Under the pieces are notes generated by a model, which had not been told where the DNA came from, ran no database searches, and worked only from the letters and a program-made list of their open reading frames with translations. DNA of 64,000 nucleotides, taken from positions 64,001 to 128,000 of the forward strand of contig CAWEZH010000003.1 of the NCBI GenBank assembly GCA_963813535.1, in the 5' to 3' direction. Made by a program: the position numbers and the translations under genes. Within the stretch, counting starts at the first letter, position 1; each line of letters begins with the position of its first letter. Source of the stretch: an uncultured Chloroflexia bacterium. Its GTDB lineage: Bacteria; Chloroflexota; Limnocylindria; Limnocylindrales; CSP1-4. Positions 19,098-28,431 of the stretch are shown piece after piece.

Positions 19098-20290
19098 GCC
19101 GCTGGCGGAGCATCTGGCTGGTCGCCAAGCGGGAGATCCTGGAGCGCGGACGAAGTCGCGGGTTCGTGTTCTCGGTGGCCTTCACGACGCTGCTCGTCAT
19201 CGGGTCCTTCGTGGTCCCCACGCTGCTGTTCGGGGACGAGGATCCCAAGGTGATCGGCGTGGTCGGACCGGCTCCGGCCGGGCTCGAGTCGGCGATGGCC
19301 CTGACGGCCGGTCAGCTCGGCCAGGAGGTCCGGGTCGTCGAGCTCGACAGCGAGGCAGCGGCCCAGGCCGCGCTCGCGGATGAATCGGTCGACGCCGTCG
19401 TGAGCGTACCGGCCGACCTGTCCTCGCCAGGAACGGTCCGGTTCCCGAAGGAGCCCGACAACGCCGTGTCCCAGATCGCGACGGCATCGATCGTCGCCCT
19501 GCGCATCCAGGACCTGCTCGCCGAGGCCGACATCGATCCGGCCGCGCTGCTCGCCGTACAGCAGCCGCCCACGGTCGACTCGGTCGACCCTGAGACGGAG
19601 GCCGACCAGGCCCGCTTCCTGTTCGCGAATATCGGCGCCGTGCTGATCCTGGTCGGTATCTTCAGCTTCGGCTTCACGGTGCTGACCGGGGTGATCGAGG
19701 AGAAGCAGAGCCGTGTCGTCGAGGTCGTCCTCTCGACGGTCCGCCCACGCGACCTGCTGATGGGCAAGGTCCTCGGCATCGGGGTCCTTGGGCTCGTGCA
19801 GCTGGTCGTGTTCGTCGCCGCCGCGCTGGCGGCTGCCGTGCTGACAGATCGGTTCACGCTGCCCGCGACCACGCCCGGGGCCGTGGTCATGCTGGCGATC
19901 TGGTTCATCCTGGGCTATGCGCTGTACTCGACGGCGCTGGGCTTCCTGGGTGCCTTGGCATCGCGCATCGAGGAAGCCTCCAATGCGTCGACCCCGGTCA
20001 CGATGATCGCGATGATCAGCTACTTCGTCGCGATCTTCGCGGTCATCAACGACCCGTCCGGCCCCGTGGCCCGGATCGCCACGTTCTTCCCGCCCTCGGC
20101 ACCGTTCGTCGTGCCACTCCGGGCGGCGTTCGATGCGATCGAACCGGTCGAGACGGTGCTCGCCATCGCCGTCACGGTCGTGGCGATCTGGGTCCTGTTC
20201 TCGATCGGCGCCCGTGTGTATGCCGGTGCCGTGCTCCAGACGGCGGGCCGCACGAAGCTGCGCGACGCGTGGCGCTCCGCCGGGGAGTAG
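19094..20290 (+). CDS. ABC-2 type permease (NatB/YhaP-like)
   Basis: VIEEKQSRVVEVVLS..PRDLLMGKVLG; multiple TMs; ATGA overlap with ATPase. Confidence 0.9.
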   Translation: MSRWRSIWLVAKREILERGRSRGFVFSVAFTTLLVIGSFVVPTLLFGDEDPKVIGVVGPAPAGLESAMALTAGQLGQEVRVVELDSEAAAQAALADESVDAVVSVPADLSSPGTVRFPKEPDNAVSQIATASIVALRIQDLLAEADIDPAALLAVQQPPTVDSVDPETEADQARFLFANIGAVLILVGIFSFGFTVLTGVIEEKQSRVVEVVLSTVRPRDLLMGKVLGIGVLGLVQLVVFVAAALAAAVLTDRFTLPATTPGAVVMLAIWFILGYALYSTALGFLGALASRIEEASNASTPVTMIAMISYFVAIFAVINDPSGPVARIATFFPPSAPFVVPLRAAFDAIEPVETVLAIAVTVVAIWVLFSIGARVYAGAVLQTAGRTKLRDAWRSAGE

Positions 20291-20293
20291 GCG

Positions 20294-21238
20294 TCAGTCG
20301 AGGGCTTCGAACAGGCCGGGGAGCCCGCCGGCGTGCCAGAAGACGACCCGCTGGCCATCCCACGCCCCCGAGCGCACGCCGGCGACCAGACCGGCCAGCG
20401 CCTTGGCCGTGTAGATCGGGTCCACCAGGATCGCCTCCGTGTGGGCCAGCAGCTCGGCCGCCTCACGGGCGGCATCGGTCGGGCGGCCGTACCCCTCGCC
20501 GATCTGGCGCTCGTCGAGCTCGATCGTGCTCGGGTCGACTCGCCGGCCGAGATCGGCCGCAGTCCGGGCGATGACCGGTCGGAGCTCGTCGGCCGTGCGC
20601 GCGGCGACGATGCCGTCGACCGCGATCGCCGGTGGGAGGCCGGTCAGGAGGCCGGCGTGCGTCCCTCCGGTCGCGCTTGCCAGCACGACCCGGTCGATGG
20701 ACACGCCGGCATCACGGGCCTGCGCGAGGACCTCTCGGGCGGCGAGCAGCTGACCGTACGCGCCGAGCGCGCCGGAGCCGCCGACGTCGATCACGTACGG
20801 GCGCCCACCCGCGGCAGCCGTCTCGGCCACCACGTCCCGTACCTTCGCCTCGCGCTCGGCTCGATCCGCCGTCGCCAGCTGATGGACCGTGGCGCCGAAC
20901 GCCTGTGCCAGCCGGATGCCCGGTCCCGGCGGATCGGCCGGTGGCCCCGAGAGGACGAGATGGACGCGGAGGCCGGCTCGGGCGCCTGCGGCGGCCGTCA
21001 GCCGGGCGTGGTTCGACCAGCGTCGGCCGCTGGTGACGAGCGTGTCGGACCCCTCGGCGAGCGCCGCGCCGACCAGGAACTCGAGATTGCGCAGCTTGTT
21101 GCCGCCGAACGCGAGGGGCAGGAGATCCTCGCGCTTCACCCAGATCTCGACCTTGCCACCGAGCGCCTGGCTGAAGCGGGGCATGGCATGGAACGGCGAC
21201 GGCCCATCGATGAGCGGGAAGCGGGGCGGAGACGCCAT
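20294..21238 (-). CDS. D-cysteine desulfhydrase / ACC deaminase family PLP enzyme
   Basis: VKREDL..FGGNKLRNLEF, SNHAR, ATGGTHAG, DPIYTAK, FWHAGG. Confidence 0.9.
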   Translation of the reverse strand: MASPPRFPLIDGPSPFHAMPRFSQALGGKVEIWVKREDLLPLAFGGNKLRNLEFLVGAALAEGSDTLVTSGRRWSNHARLTAAAGARAGLRVHLVLSGPPADPPGPGIRLAQAFGATVHQLATADRAEREAKVRDVVAETAAAGGRPYVIDVGGSGALGAYGQLLAAREVLAQARDAGVSIDRVVLASATGGTHAGLLTGLPPAIAVDGIVAARTADELRPVIARTAADLGRRVDPSTIELDERQIGEGYGRPTDAAREAAELLAHTEAILVDPIYTAKALAGLVAGVRSGAWDGQRVVFWHAGGLPGLFEALD

Positions 21239-21269
21239 CGGGCGGATGGTAGCGACCTATCATCGACAC
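21239..21269. promoter_or_regulatory. 31-bp back-to-back leaderless promoters
   Basis: TACCAT (minus, 21246-21251) 7 nt from ATG 21238; TATCAT (plus, 21258-21263) 6 nt from ATG 21270. Confidence 0.6.
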
Positions 21270-21728
21270 ATGCCCGAGCAGGTCGAGCCCACGACGCATC
21301 TCGGGCTGCCGGCGTGGGGGTTCGCCTTTCCGGGACCTCTTCGTGACGAACTGACAGCGCTCGCGCTCGACGGCACGAAGACAGCGACCGCGAGCCTTGG
21401 CGTGGACTTCGTCCTGGATGGGTCCACGCTTCCGCGAGCCGGTGACCGCGAGGTGCTGCTGGACTCCGCCGGGCGACCGATCGCCATCGTCGAGATCACG
21501 CGCGTCGAGCTGTCGACGATCGGTCTGGTCGGCGACGAGTTCGCCCGAGCCGAGGGCGAGGGCTTCGCGGACTCCGTCGAGTGGCGGGAGGCCCACGAGC
21601 GGTTCTGGGGGAGCTACATCGATGACCTGCGAACCGGGCTGCAGGATCCCACATTCACGCTGACGGATTCCACGGTCGTGGTCTGCGAGTGGTTCCGCAT
21701 CGTCGAGCGCCTCGAGGCGACCGGCTGA
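21270..21728 (+). CDS. ASCH domain protein
   Basis: LRDELTALALDGTKTATAS; FARAEGEGF..WREAHERFW; VVCEWF. Confidence 0.88.
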   Translation: MPEQVEPTTHLGLPAWGFAFPGPLRDELTALALDGTKTATASLGVDFVLDGSTLPRAGDREVLLDSAGRPIAIVEITRVELSTIGLVGDEFARAEGEGFADSVEWREAHERFWGSYIDDLRTGLQDPTFTLTDSTVVVCEWFRIVERLEATG

Positions 21729-22144
21729 TGGCGACCCGCATCTCGCCCGATGATCGCGTCACCTCCGTCGGGCAGCACGCCGGCATGGAACGGTCGATCG
21801 CGATCTCGCGGCCGACGGTCGGATCGGAGCAGCTGTATTCCTCGATCGTGTCGACCGCTCCGGGCGACAAGACACGCATCCACCACCACGGCGATTGCGA
21901 GACGTCGATCTACATCGTGACCGGCAGCGCTCGCTACACGTGGGGCACCACCGGTCTGGAGCACGAGATGACCGCATCGGTCGGCGACTTCGTGTACATC
22001 CCCGCCGGCGAGGTCCACGTCGAGGAGAACGCCAGCGCGACCGAGCCGCTCATCGTCGTCCTGACGCGGAACTGTCCCGATTCGCATGTCGTATACGTCG
22101 ATGGCGGCCCGGACGGGGCCGACGACATCCCGGCACCGTGCTGA
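21728..22144 (+). CDS. cupin domain protein
   Basis: IHHHGDCETSIY and GDFVYIPAGEVHVEEN; TGATG coupling to ASCH gene. Confidence 0.88.
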   Translation: MATRISPDDRVTSVGQHAGMERSIAISRPTVGSEQLYSSIVSTAPGDKTRIHHHGDCETSIYIVTGSARYTWGTTGLEHEMTASVGDFVYIPAGEVHVEENASATEPLIVVLTRNCPDSHVVYVDGGPDGADDIPAPC

Positions 22145-22153
22145 CGTGATCCG

Positions 22154-23263
22154 ATGACCGGCGGATGGCGCGACCGATCCTTGCTGGACATGCTGACCGA
22201 GTACGGGCTGGAGCTGTCGCCGGAGCACGAGTTCCCGACCGATGGCTGGTCGGGCGCGACGTTCACGAGCCTCATGGACCAGTACGGCCGGCGGTTCGTC
22301 CTCAAGCGAACGTCGCTCGCCACGGATTGGATCGCCCGCGCGACCCGCGACGAGGAGCTCCGCGAGGGCTGGTTCGCCTCGCTGCCGCCGGGTGGTCTGG
22401 CGTGGATCCCGAAGGCCACGACCTCGTATCTGGGCGCGGCAGCCGACGGGGACGGCGTCGCCATCCTGACGCCAGATCTGTCGAACGAGCTGATCGCCTG
22501 GGAGCGGCCGGGGCACGACCCGGCGATCGATGCGGCGACGCTGGATCGCGTCCTGCGCGCGGTCGCGCGCCTCCACGCGGTGCCATGGGCGGCCATCGTC
22601 GAGTCGGCCAACGATCGCGACGGCGAGCCGCCACCGTGGTGCCCGTTGCCGGAGCGGCTGCGGCTTCTCTCGCCCGCCTCGGCCGCACGGTATGCCGCGG
22701 AGGGGAACCCGGTCGGCGACCGCTTCGTCGCCGGTTGGGAGGCATTCGAACGACTGGCACCGGCGGGCGCCCGCGAGCTGGTGGAACGACTCGACGACGA
22801 TCTGTCGCCGCTCCTCCTGGCGCTCGAAGTCCTGCCGTGGGTCGGCCTGCACGGCGACCTGAAGCTCGCCAACGTGGCGCTGCTCCCGGATGACCAGGTT
22901 GCGTTGATCGACTGGCAGATGACGCTGCGCGGGCCAGTCGCCGTCGAGCTGGGCTGGCTTCTGGTCTCGAACAGCGGGTCGTTGCCGGTCGGTCCGGACG
23001 AGGTGCTCCGGCGCTACCGCGATGCACTCGAGTGGGACAGCGGGCGGTGGGGCTCGGGCGGCGGACCGCCCGACTTCGCCAGCCTCGCCGGCGACTGGGA
23101 CCTCCAACGCGACCTGACCTGGATCGTCGGCCTGCTGCTGCGCGGGTGGCGCAAGGGACTCGACGCCCAGGCCGGCCTCACGCTGCCGTCCGGCGTGTCC
23201 GCCGCAGACGACCTCGCCTGGTGGACTGAACGTGCCGCCGAAGCCGCAGCGCGGCGGCTCTGA
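22154..23263 (+). CDS. aminoglycoside phosphotransferase-like kinase
   Basis: FVLKR, LHGDLKLAN, ALIDWQ. Confidence 0.82.
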   Translation: MTGGWRDRSLLDMLTEYGLELSPEHEFPTDGWSGATFTSLMDQYGRRFVLKRTSLATDWIARATRDEELREGWFASLPPGGLAWIPKATTSYLGAAADGDGVAILTPDLSNELIAWERPGHDPAIDAATLDRVLRAVARLHAVPWAAIVESANDRDGEPPPWCPLPERLRLLSPASAARYAAEGNPVGDRFVAGWEAFERLAPAGARELVERLDDDLSPLLLALEVLPWVGLHGDLKLANVALLPDDQVALIDWQMTLRGPVAVELGWLLVSNSGSLPVGPDEVLRRYRDALEWDSGRWGSGGGPPDFASLAGDWDLQRDLTWIVGLLLRGWRKGLDAQAGLTLPSGVSAADDLAWWTERAAEAAARRL

Positions 23264-23277
23264 GGAAGGAGCGATCG

Positions 23278-23658
23278 ATGCCGAAGCACGTCCCGCACGG
23301 TCCCGGGCTCGAGCCAGGGCCATACCCGTTCTCCCAGGTCGTCGAGGCGAACGGTTTCGTCTTCCTCGCCGGCCAGGTCGGCGACGCGCCGGGCTCGCAC
23401 GGTGCGGTCCCGGGTGGGATCGAAGCCGAGACCCGCCAGATGCTCGACAACGTCGGCCGGTTGCTCGACGCCGTCGGGCTGACGCCCGCGGACGTGGTCA
23501 AGTGCACGGTCTATCTGCGCGACTTCGGCGACTTCGCGGCGATGAACACCGTGTATCGCGAGTTCTTCGCGACCGACCCGCCGACACGAGCGACGGTCGG
23601 CGTGACCGCCCTGGCGGCCGACTACAACGTCGAGATCGAGGTGATGGCCGCGCGCTGA
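23278..23658 (+). CDS. RidA/YjgF family deaminase
   Basis: GPYPFSQ, VFLAGQVG, FAAMNTVY, PPTRATV, VEIE. Confidence 0.92.
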   Translation: MPKHVPHGPGLEPGPYPFSQVVEANGFVFLAGQVGDAPGSHGAVPGGIEAETRQMLDNVGRLLDAVGLTPADVVKCTVYLRDFGDFAAMNTVYREFFATDPPTRATVGVTALAADYNVEIEVMAAR

Positions 23659-23665
23659 ACCGGCG

Positions 23666-24502
23666 CTACTTGACGATGCCGAAGTCGTCGATCGCGACCA
23701 TCGCGCGACCGCGCGTTCCAAGGACGACGATCCGGACGGTGTGCGTACGCACCGTCGACCAGCGCTTCGAGAACACGGTCGACCGTACGTGGAAGGCCGT
23801 TCGGCGGAGATCCACGGTCCGGACGAGCCGGCCGTCGATGTAGACCTTGGCTCTGCCCCGGGTCGGGCCGGTCGGGCCGAACCACGTCACGCCTCGGCCG
23901 GTGAACCTCAACGTCGCGCTGGCACCCCGACCGGTCGCGTAGCGGACGGTGTCGCCGCGATACCCGGCGTGGCGGGCGATCCGCCAGCGACCGTCATAGT
24001 CGATCGATGTCGAGCGGTCGCCGACGAGCCGCATGCTCGTCGAGCGCTTGGTCGTGCGCTTCTGGTACTTCGTCATGACCCTGCTCACGTACCACTTCGC
24101 CGCGGGTGACCAGCCGGTCCGTGCCGATGATCCGGTCAGCCACCAGTACGCGACGCGACGCCAGCTGCCCAGCCAGCGGTACAGCGAGGTCATCTTTCCG
24201 GACGCGACCCGCTCCTGGTTCCGGGGCGTCGGCCTGGCAGTCGAGCTGCCGAGGTACTGGCGGGCCCAGGCCGGCCAGTTCGACGGCATGATCTGGTACT
24301 TGCCGAACGCACCGGATACCGGGTTCCGGGCGTCGTAGCGACCGCCGGACTCGACGCTCCCGACGGCCGCCTTGAAACGTGCCAGGCCCTTCGGTGCGCG
24401 TGCCGCCGCGACGTCCATCGGTGCTGCGGCGGCGACGAGGACGGTGATCAACGTGGCGGCGACGACGACGCCGGGGCGGCCGCCAAGTCTGGGCACTCGC
24501 AA
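23666..24502 (-). CDS. secreted lytic transglycosylase-like protein with C-terminal beta-sandwich domain
   Basis: Signal peptide; SVESGGRY..AFGKYQIMPSNW; C-terminal GRAKVYIDG..VDL..HTVRIVV; TTG start after AGGAAGG. Confidence 0.75.
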   Translation of the reverse strand: MRVPRLGGRPGVVVAATLITVLVAAAAPMDVAAARAPKGLARFKAAVGSVESGGRYDARNPVSGAFGKYQIMPSNWPAWARQYLGSSTARPTPRNQERVASGKMTSLYRWLGSWRRVAYWWLTGSSARTGWSPAAKWYVSRVMTKYQKRTTKRSTSMRLVGDRSTSIDYDGRWRIARHAGYRGDTVRYATGRGASATLRFTGRGVTWFGPTGPTRGRAKVYIDGRLVRTVDLRRTAFHVRSTVFSKRWSTVRTHTVRIVVLGTRGRAMVAIDDFGIVK

Positions 24503-24650
24503 TGGACTTCCTTCCTGCCGGTCGATGGGTGAGCACAGCGGTCGGGGCGGCATGGCGAGAGCGGACGCGCTCCCGGGGGTGGGCGCTCCGATCTCGGGAT
24601 CGACCGGACCTTACCCGCGCATCGGGAACGCTCGCTATGGCTCTATCGGG

Positions 24651-25175
24651 TCAGTCACCGATGGCCTGGAGGAAGGCGGCTACCCGGTCGAGCGCATCGT
24701 CGAGGACCGGGGTGACACCGTGGCCGAGTCGCGGGTAGGTGACGAGCTCGGCCGGGCCGCCGATCCGCTTGACCGCGCTGCGGAGCAGGTCGATCTTCGC
24801 GAACGGGTCCGATTCGCCCGACAGGAAGAGCGTCGGGCAGCGAATCGACGCGAAGTGCGAGGTGCGCGCTTCCGTGCGGTCGGGACTGCCGGGCGGATGC
24901 AACGGGAAGGAGAACAGGACCAGCGCTCGGTACGGCGAATCCGGCTCCGCGGCGGCGAGGCTGGCCACCCGGCCACCGTACGAGTGGCCGCCGATCACGA
25001 CATCGGGCCGACTGGGCACGACCTTGTGGAACGCCGGGATCGCGTCTTCGGCCTTGCGTTTCGGCAGATCGATGGCCGTCGCGGCGATCCCGCGCGCCCG
25101 AAGGCCGTCGACGAACGGCTTCATGCTCGCCGACGTGCCGGACGCGCCATGACCGAGATAGACGCTGACCGCCAT
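24651..25175 (-). CDS. alpha/beta hydrolase (minimal fold)
   Basis: GHGA, GGHSYGGR, SFPLHPPG, GESDPF, LGH. Confidence 0.85.
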   Translation of the reverse strand: MAVSVYLGHGASGTSASMKPFVDGLRARGIAATAIDLPKRKAEDAIPAFHKVVPSRPDVVIGGHSYGGRVASLAAAEPDSPYRALVLFSFPLHPPGSPDRTEARTSHFASIRCPTLFLSGESDPFAKIDLLRSAVKRIGGPAELVTYPRLGHGVTPVLDDALDRVAAFLQAIGD

Positions 25176-25210
25176 GTCGCCGATAGCGTAGCCATTCCGA
25201 GGTGATGGTC

Positions 25211-25229
25211 GTGACATGCTAGGTGTCAC
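25211..25229. promoter_or_regulatory. palindromic operator GTGACA-N7-TGTCAC
   Basis: Perfect 6-bp IR in a divergent gap, overlapping a CATGCT -10-like hexamer. Confidence 0.5.
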
Positions 25230-25278
25230 AGGCGAGGTCGAGACTCCGGTCATCGGAACCACGCCAGGAGTCACCTTG

Positions 25279-25416
25279 ATGACCACCATCGATTGCCCCT
25301 TCTGCTCAGGCGACACGTTCGTCGAGCCCGCGCTCGAGACCATCACGTGCGACGGGTGCGGCGTGACGGTCGAGGTCGCCCCGGACCCGGTCGCCGTGCT
25401 GGACGCCGCCGCCTAG
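25279..25416 (+). CDS. small Zn-ribbon protein (45 aa)
   Basis: AGGAG RBS; CPFC...CDGC; ends VLDAAA. Confidence 0.7.
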   Translation: MTTIDCPFCSGDTFVEPALETITCDGCGVTVEVAPDPVAVLDAAA

Positions 25417-26645
25417 CCCGCAGACGGAGCGCTGGGCAAGACGCTCGCACGCCGGAGCGCACCGACGGGCGCGAACGCCAGCGTGAGTCCGATGAGGATC
25501 AGACCCATCACGGCGATCGTCGTCGAGCCGTCGGTGAGGTCGATGAGCGCCCCGCCTGCCAGCATGCCGATCGGCTGGAGCCCCAGCGAGATCGTGCGCG
25601 CCGTGCTCCCGACGCGACCGAGCAATGCGTCGGGGCTCAGGTTGCTCCGCGCCGTGAGGTACGTGACGAGGACCACGCTCTGGGCGATGCCGGCGATCGA
25701 CGCGGCGCCGAGCAGCAGCGGGATCTGCTCCACGCGCGCGACGACGGTCAGCAGGACCCCCGACGTCAGGGTCCCGCCCAGCAGGAAGGGCGCCACCGCG
25801 TGCCGGCTGGCGCGCGCGGTCAGCAAGGCACCGATGACCGTCCCGATGCCGTAGGCGGTGAGCACCAGCCCGAGGACGGTCGCGTCCTGGCCGAGGTCGC
25901 GTGTCACGTGCACGGTCAATGCAGCGACCAGCGGTGCGGTGGTGATCGAGACGAGACCCCAGTACAGGATCATCGGGCGCAGCACCGGGTGGTGCACGAT
26001 GAACTCGATGCCCTCCCGGATGTCGGCGACAAGGCTGCTGGCGGGTCGTTCGATCTGAGCGCGCAGGTCGCGGTGCATGAACGCCAGCGCGAGACTGGAC
26101 AGCGCGAACGAGACGGCATCGATGGCAAGGGTCATGCCCGGTCCGATCGTCGCCGCGAGGAACCCGGCGAAGGCCGGCCCGATGATGTACCCGAACGAAT
26201 AGACGGCCTCGAAGATCGAGTTCGCTCGGGCGAGCTGCGAGCGCCCGACGAGGATCGGGACCGACGCCGTGTAGCCCGCGAGGAAGAACGCGCGGAGGAT
26301 GCTCATCGGGGCCGTGACGACCAGGATCACCGCCATCGTCGGGCCGCCGAGCAGCACCGAGATCGGGATCAGGGCGGTCAGGGCAGCACGGCCGAGGTCG
26401 GCCAGGAACATCATCCGCCGCCGGTCGCTGCGGTCGGCCAGGGCGCCCGCGATCATCCCGAAGAACAGGTCGGGGAGCATCGAGAGCGCTCCGACGATGC
26501 CCATCATCAGGCCCGAGCCGGTGAGCGCCAGGACCAGGAGCGGGAGGGCCGTGAAGCTGACGGCGTCGCCGAGCGCCGAGACGCCCTGCGACGTCAGCAG
26601 CACCCGGAAATCGTGGTTCTTGCTCAGCGGCAGGGGTTCGGGCAC
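25413..26645 (-). CDS. MFS transporter (DHA3/Tap-like)
   Basis: GALADRSDRRRMM; about 12 TMs; TACCAT 6 nt before GTG. Confidence 0.92.
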   Translation of the reverse strand: MPEPLPLSKNHDFRVLLTSQGVSALGDAVSFTALPLLVLALTGSGLMMGIVGALSMLPDLFFGMIAGALADRSDRRRMMFLADLGRAALTALIPISVLLGGPTMAVILVVTAPMSILRAFFLAGYTASVPILVGRSQLARANSIFEAVYSFGYIIGPAFAGFLAATIGPGMTLAIDAVSFALSSLALAFMHRDLRAQIERPASSLVADIREGIEFIVHHPVLRPMILYWGLVSITTAPLVAALTVHVTRDLGQDATVLGLVLTAYGIGTVIGALLTARASRHAVAPFLLGGTLTSGVLLTVVARVEQIPLLLGAASIAGIAQSVVLVTYLTARSNLSPDALLGRVGSTARTISLGLQPIGMLAGGALIDLTDGSTTIAVMGLILIGLTLAFAPVGALRRASVLPSAPSAG

Positions 26646-26697
26646 CAGCGGATGGTACGAGCGCCGGCATCGTGAACGCGTGCCCTACTCTTTCCCC

Positions 26698-27354
26698 GTG
26701 GACGAGCGACGAGCCATCGACGACATCGTCACCGCAGGTCGCCGACTGGGCGCCCGAGGCCTGATCTCCGCCAGCGAGGGGAACCTGTCCGTCCGTCTCG
26801 ACGATGAGCGATTGGCGATCACGCCGCGGGGCTGGCGCAAGGACGAGCTGACCGCGGCCGACGTGCGGATCGTGCCGATCCGAGCCTCGGAGGAACCGCC
26901 CTCGGGATCACCGGAGCCAGATGCGTCGACCGACATCGCCATCCATCGGGCCGCGCTGACCGCCCGGCCCGACGCGGCCGCCGTCGCGCACGCACACCTC
27001 CCCGCGGCGATGGCGCTCACGCTGGGTGGCGAGATCCCCGACCCGGCGGCCCTTCCGGAGACGGCGCTGTTCATCCCCCGACTGCCGTTCATCCCGTTCG
27101 GGGTACCCGGGAGCGACGAGCTGGCGGCGCGGATCGCCACGGCACTGACGGAGGCTCCCGAGCCACTCGCGAACGCGCTCCTCCTCGATCGTCACGGAGC
27201 GGTTGCGATCGGGCCGGACCTGACCACGGCCGTCGACCGGCTGGAGCTCGTCGAGGTGCTGTGCCGGACATGGCGTGACAGCCTCCTCATCAGGGCGGCC
27301 CGACGCTCCCTCGGGGAGTACCGCGACCCATCCGAGGCTGGACCGAACCGGTAG
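26698..27354 (+). CDS. class II aldolase/adducin family protein
   Basis: EGNLSVR, ITPRG, IH, AHAH, LLDRHG; TACTCT 6 nt before GTG. Confidence 0.88.
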   Translation: MDERRAIDDIVTAGRRLGARGLISASEGNLSVRLDDERLAITPRGWRKDELTAADVRIVPIRASEEPPSGSPEPDASTDIAIHRAALTARPDAAAVAHAHLPAAMALTLGGEIPDPAALPETALFIPRLPFIPFGVPGSDELAARIATALTEAPEPLANALLLDRHGAVAIGPDLTTAVDRLELVEVLCRTWRDSLLIRAARRSLGEYRDPSEAGPNR

Positions 27355-27410
27355 CATCGAGGAGCCCAAGCCCGTCGCGGTGACGCGGCGGCACCCACCC
27401 AGGAGGGATC

Positions 27411-28085
27411 ATGGACACCCGCAAGTACCTGGCCGAACTGGTCGGCACGTTCCTGTTCCTGACGATCGGTTACCTGTCGTTCCCGGCTTCCGCGGCCACC
27501 GACATCCCCCCGTATCTCGCGGTCCCGTTCGCGTTCGGCCTGGGCCTGCTGGCCGCGATCTTCGCGGTCGGTCACATCTCGGGCGGCCATTTCAACCCGG
27601 CCGTCACGGTCGCGGCCGTCCTCGACCGGAGGACCGAGACGACCGATGCCATCGGCTACATCCTTGCCCAGGTCATCGGGGCCATCGGCGCGGCCGCCGT
27701 GGTGTTCGTGGTGTCCGGTCAGGATGCGGTGGCGGCCGGCGTCACCAAGCCGGGTGGCGGTGTCACCGACATCGGAGCGCTGATCCTCGAGATCGTCCTG
27801 ACCGCGGGCTTCGTCCTCGTGATCCTCGTCTCGACCAAGCGGGCAGCCGGGCTCGCCCCGTTGGCCATCCCGCTGACGCTGGTCGCGATCCATTTCGCGG
27901 CGGCGACCCTGTCTGGCGCGTCGGTCAATCCGGCACGATCCATCGGGTCGGCGCTGCTCGGCGGCGACCTCACCGGACTCTGGATCTACGTGATCGGACC
28001 GGTCGTGGGGGCGATCGGCGGGTGGGCACTCTTCCGCCTCATGGACGAGGAAGAGGTCGTGGTCGAGGAAGTCGCGGCAACCTAG
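27411..28085 (+). CDS. aquaporin (MIP family)
   Basis: HISGGHFNPAVT and SVNPARS NPA motifs; AGGAGGG RBS. Confidence 0.95.
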   Translation: MDTRKYLAELVGTFLFLTIGYLSFPASAATDIPPYLAVPFAFGLGLLAAIFAVGHISGGHFNPAVTVAAVLDRRTETTDAIGYILAQVIGAIGAAAVVFVVSGQDAVAAGVTKPGGGVTDIGALILEIVLTAGFVLVILVSTKRAAGLAPLAIPLTLVAIHFAAATLSGASVNPARSIGSALLGGDLTGLWIYVIGPVVGAIGGWALFRLMDEEEVVVEEVAAT

Positions 28086-28091
28086 CCGCAG

Positions 28092-28427
28092 GTGCGGACG
28101 CTCTACCTCCACACCGTCGGGCGAAGGTCAGGCACGGCGCGGCGAACACCGCTGTACTTCGTGGATGACGGCGAGGACCTCGCCGTCATCACCTCGAACG
28201 CGGGACGCGACCACCAACCGGCCTGGTGGCTGAACCTCCAGGCCGCGCCCGACGCGGAGGTCGAGCTCGGGAAGGAACGACGGCACGTGTCCGCCCGCCG
28301 CGCGACGCCCGCGGAGTTCGAGCGCCTGTGGCCGCGCTTCGTCGCCGGGCTGCGCAACTACGAGGCCTACCGCCGGAAGACCGACCGGGAGCTCGTCATC
28401 GTGATGCTGTCGCCGCGAGCGGGCTGA
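28092..28427 (+). CDS. F420-dependent nitroreductase (Ddn family), N-terminally short
   Basis: LHTVGRRSG..RRTPL, SNAG..QPAWWLNL, YEAYRRKTDREL. Confidence 0.8.
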   Translation: MRTLYLHTVGRRSGTARRTPLYFVDDGEDLAVITSNAGRDHQPAWWLNLQAAPDAEVELGKERRHVSARRATPAEFERLWPRFVAGLRNYEAYRRKTDRELVIVMLSPRAG

Positions 28428-28431
28428 AGCC

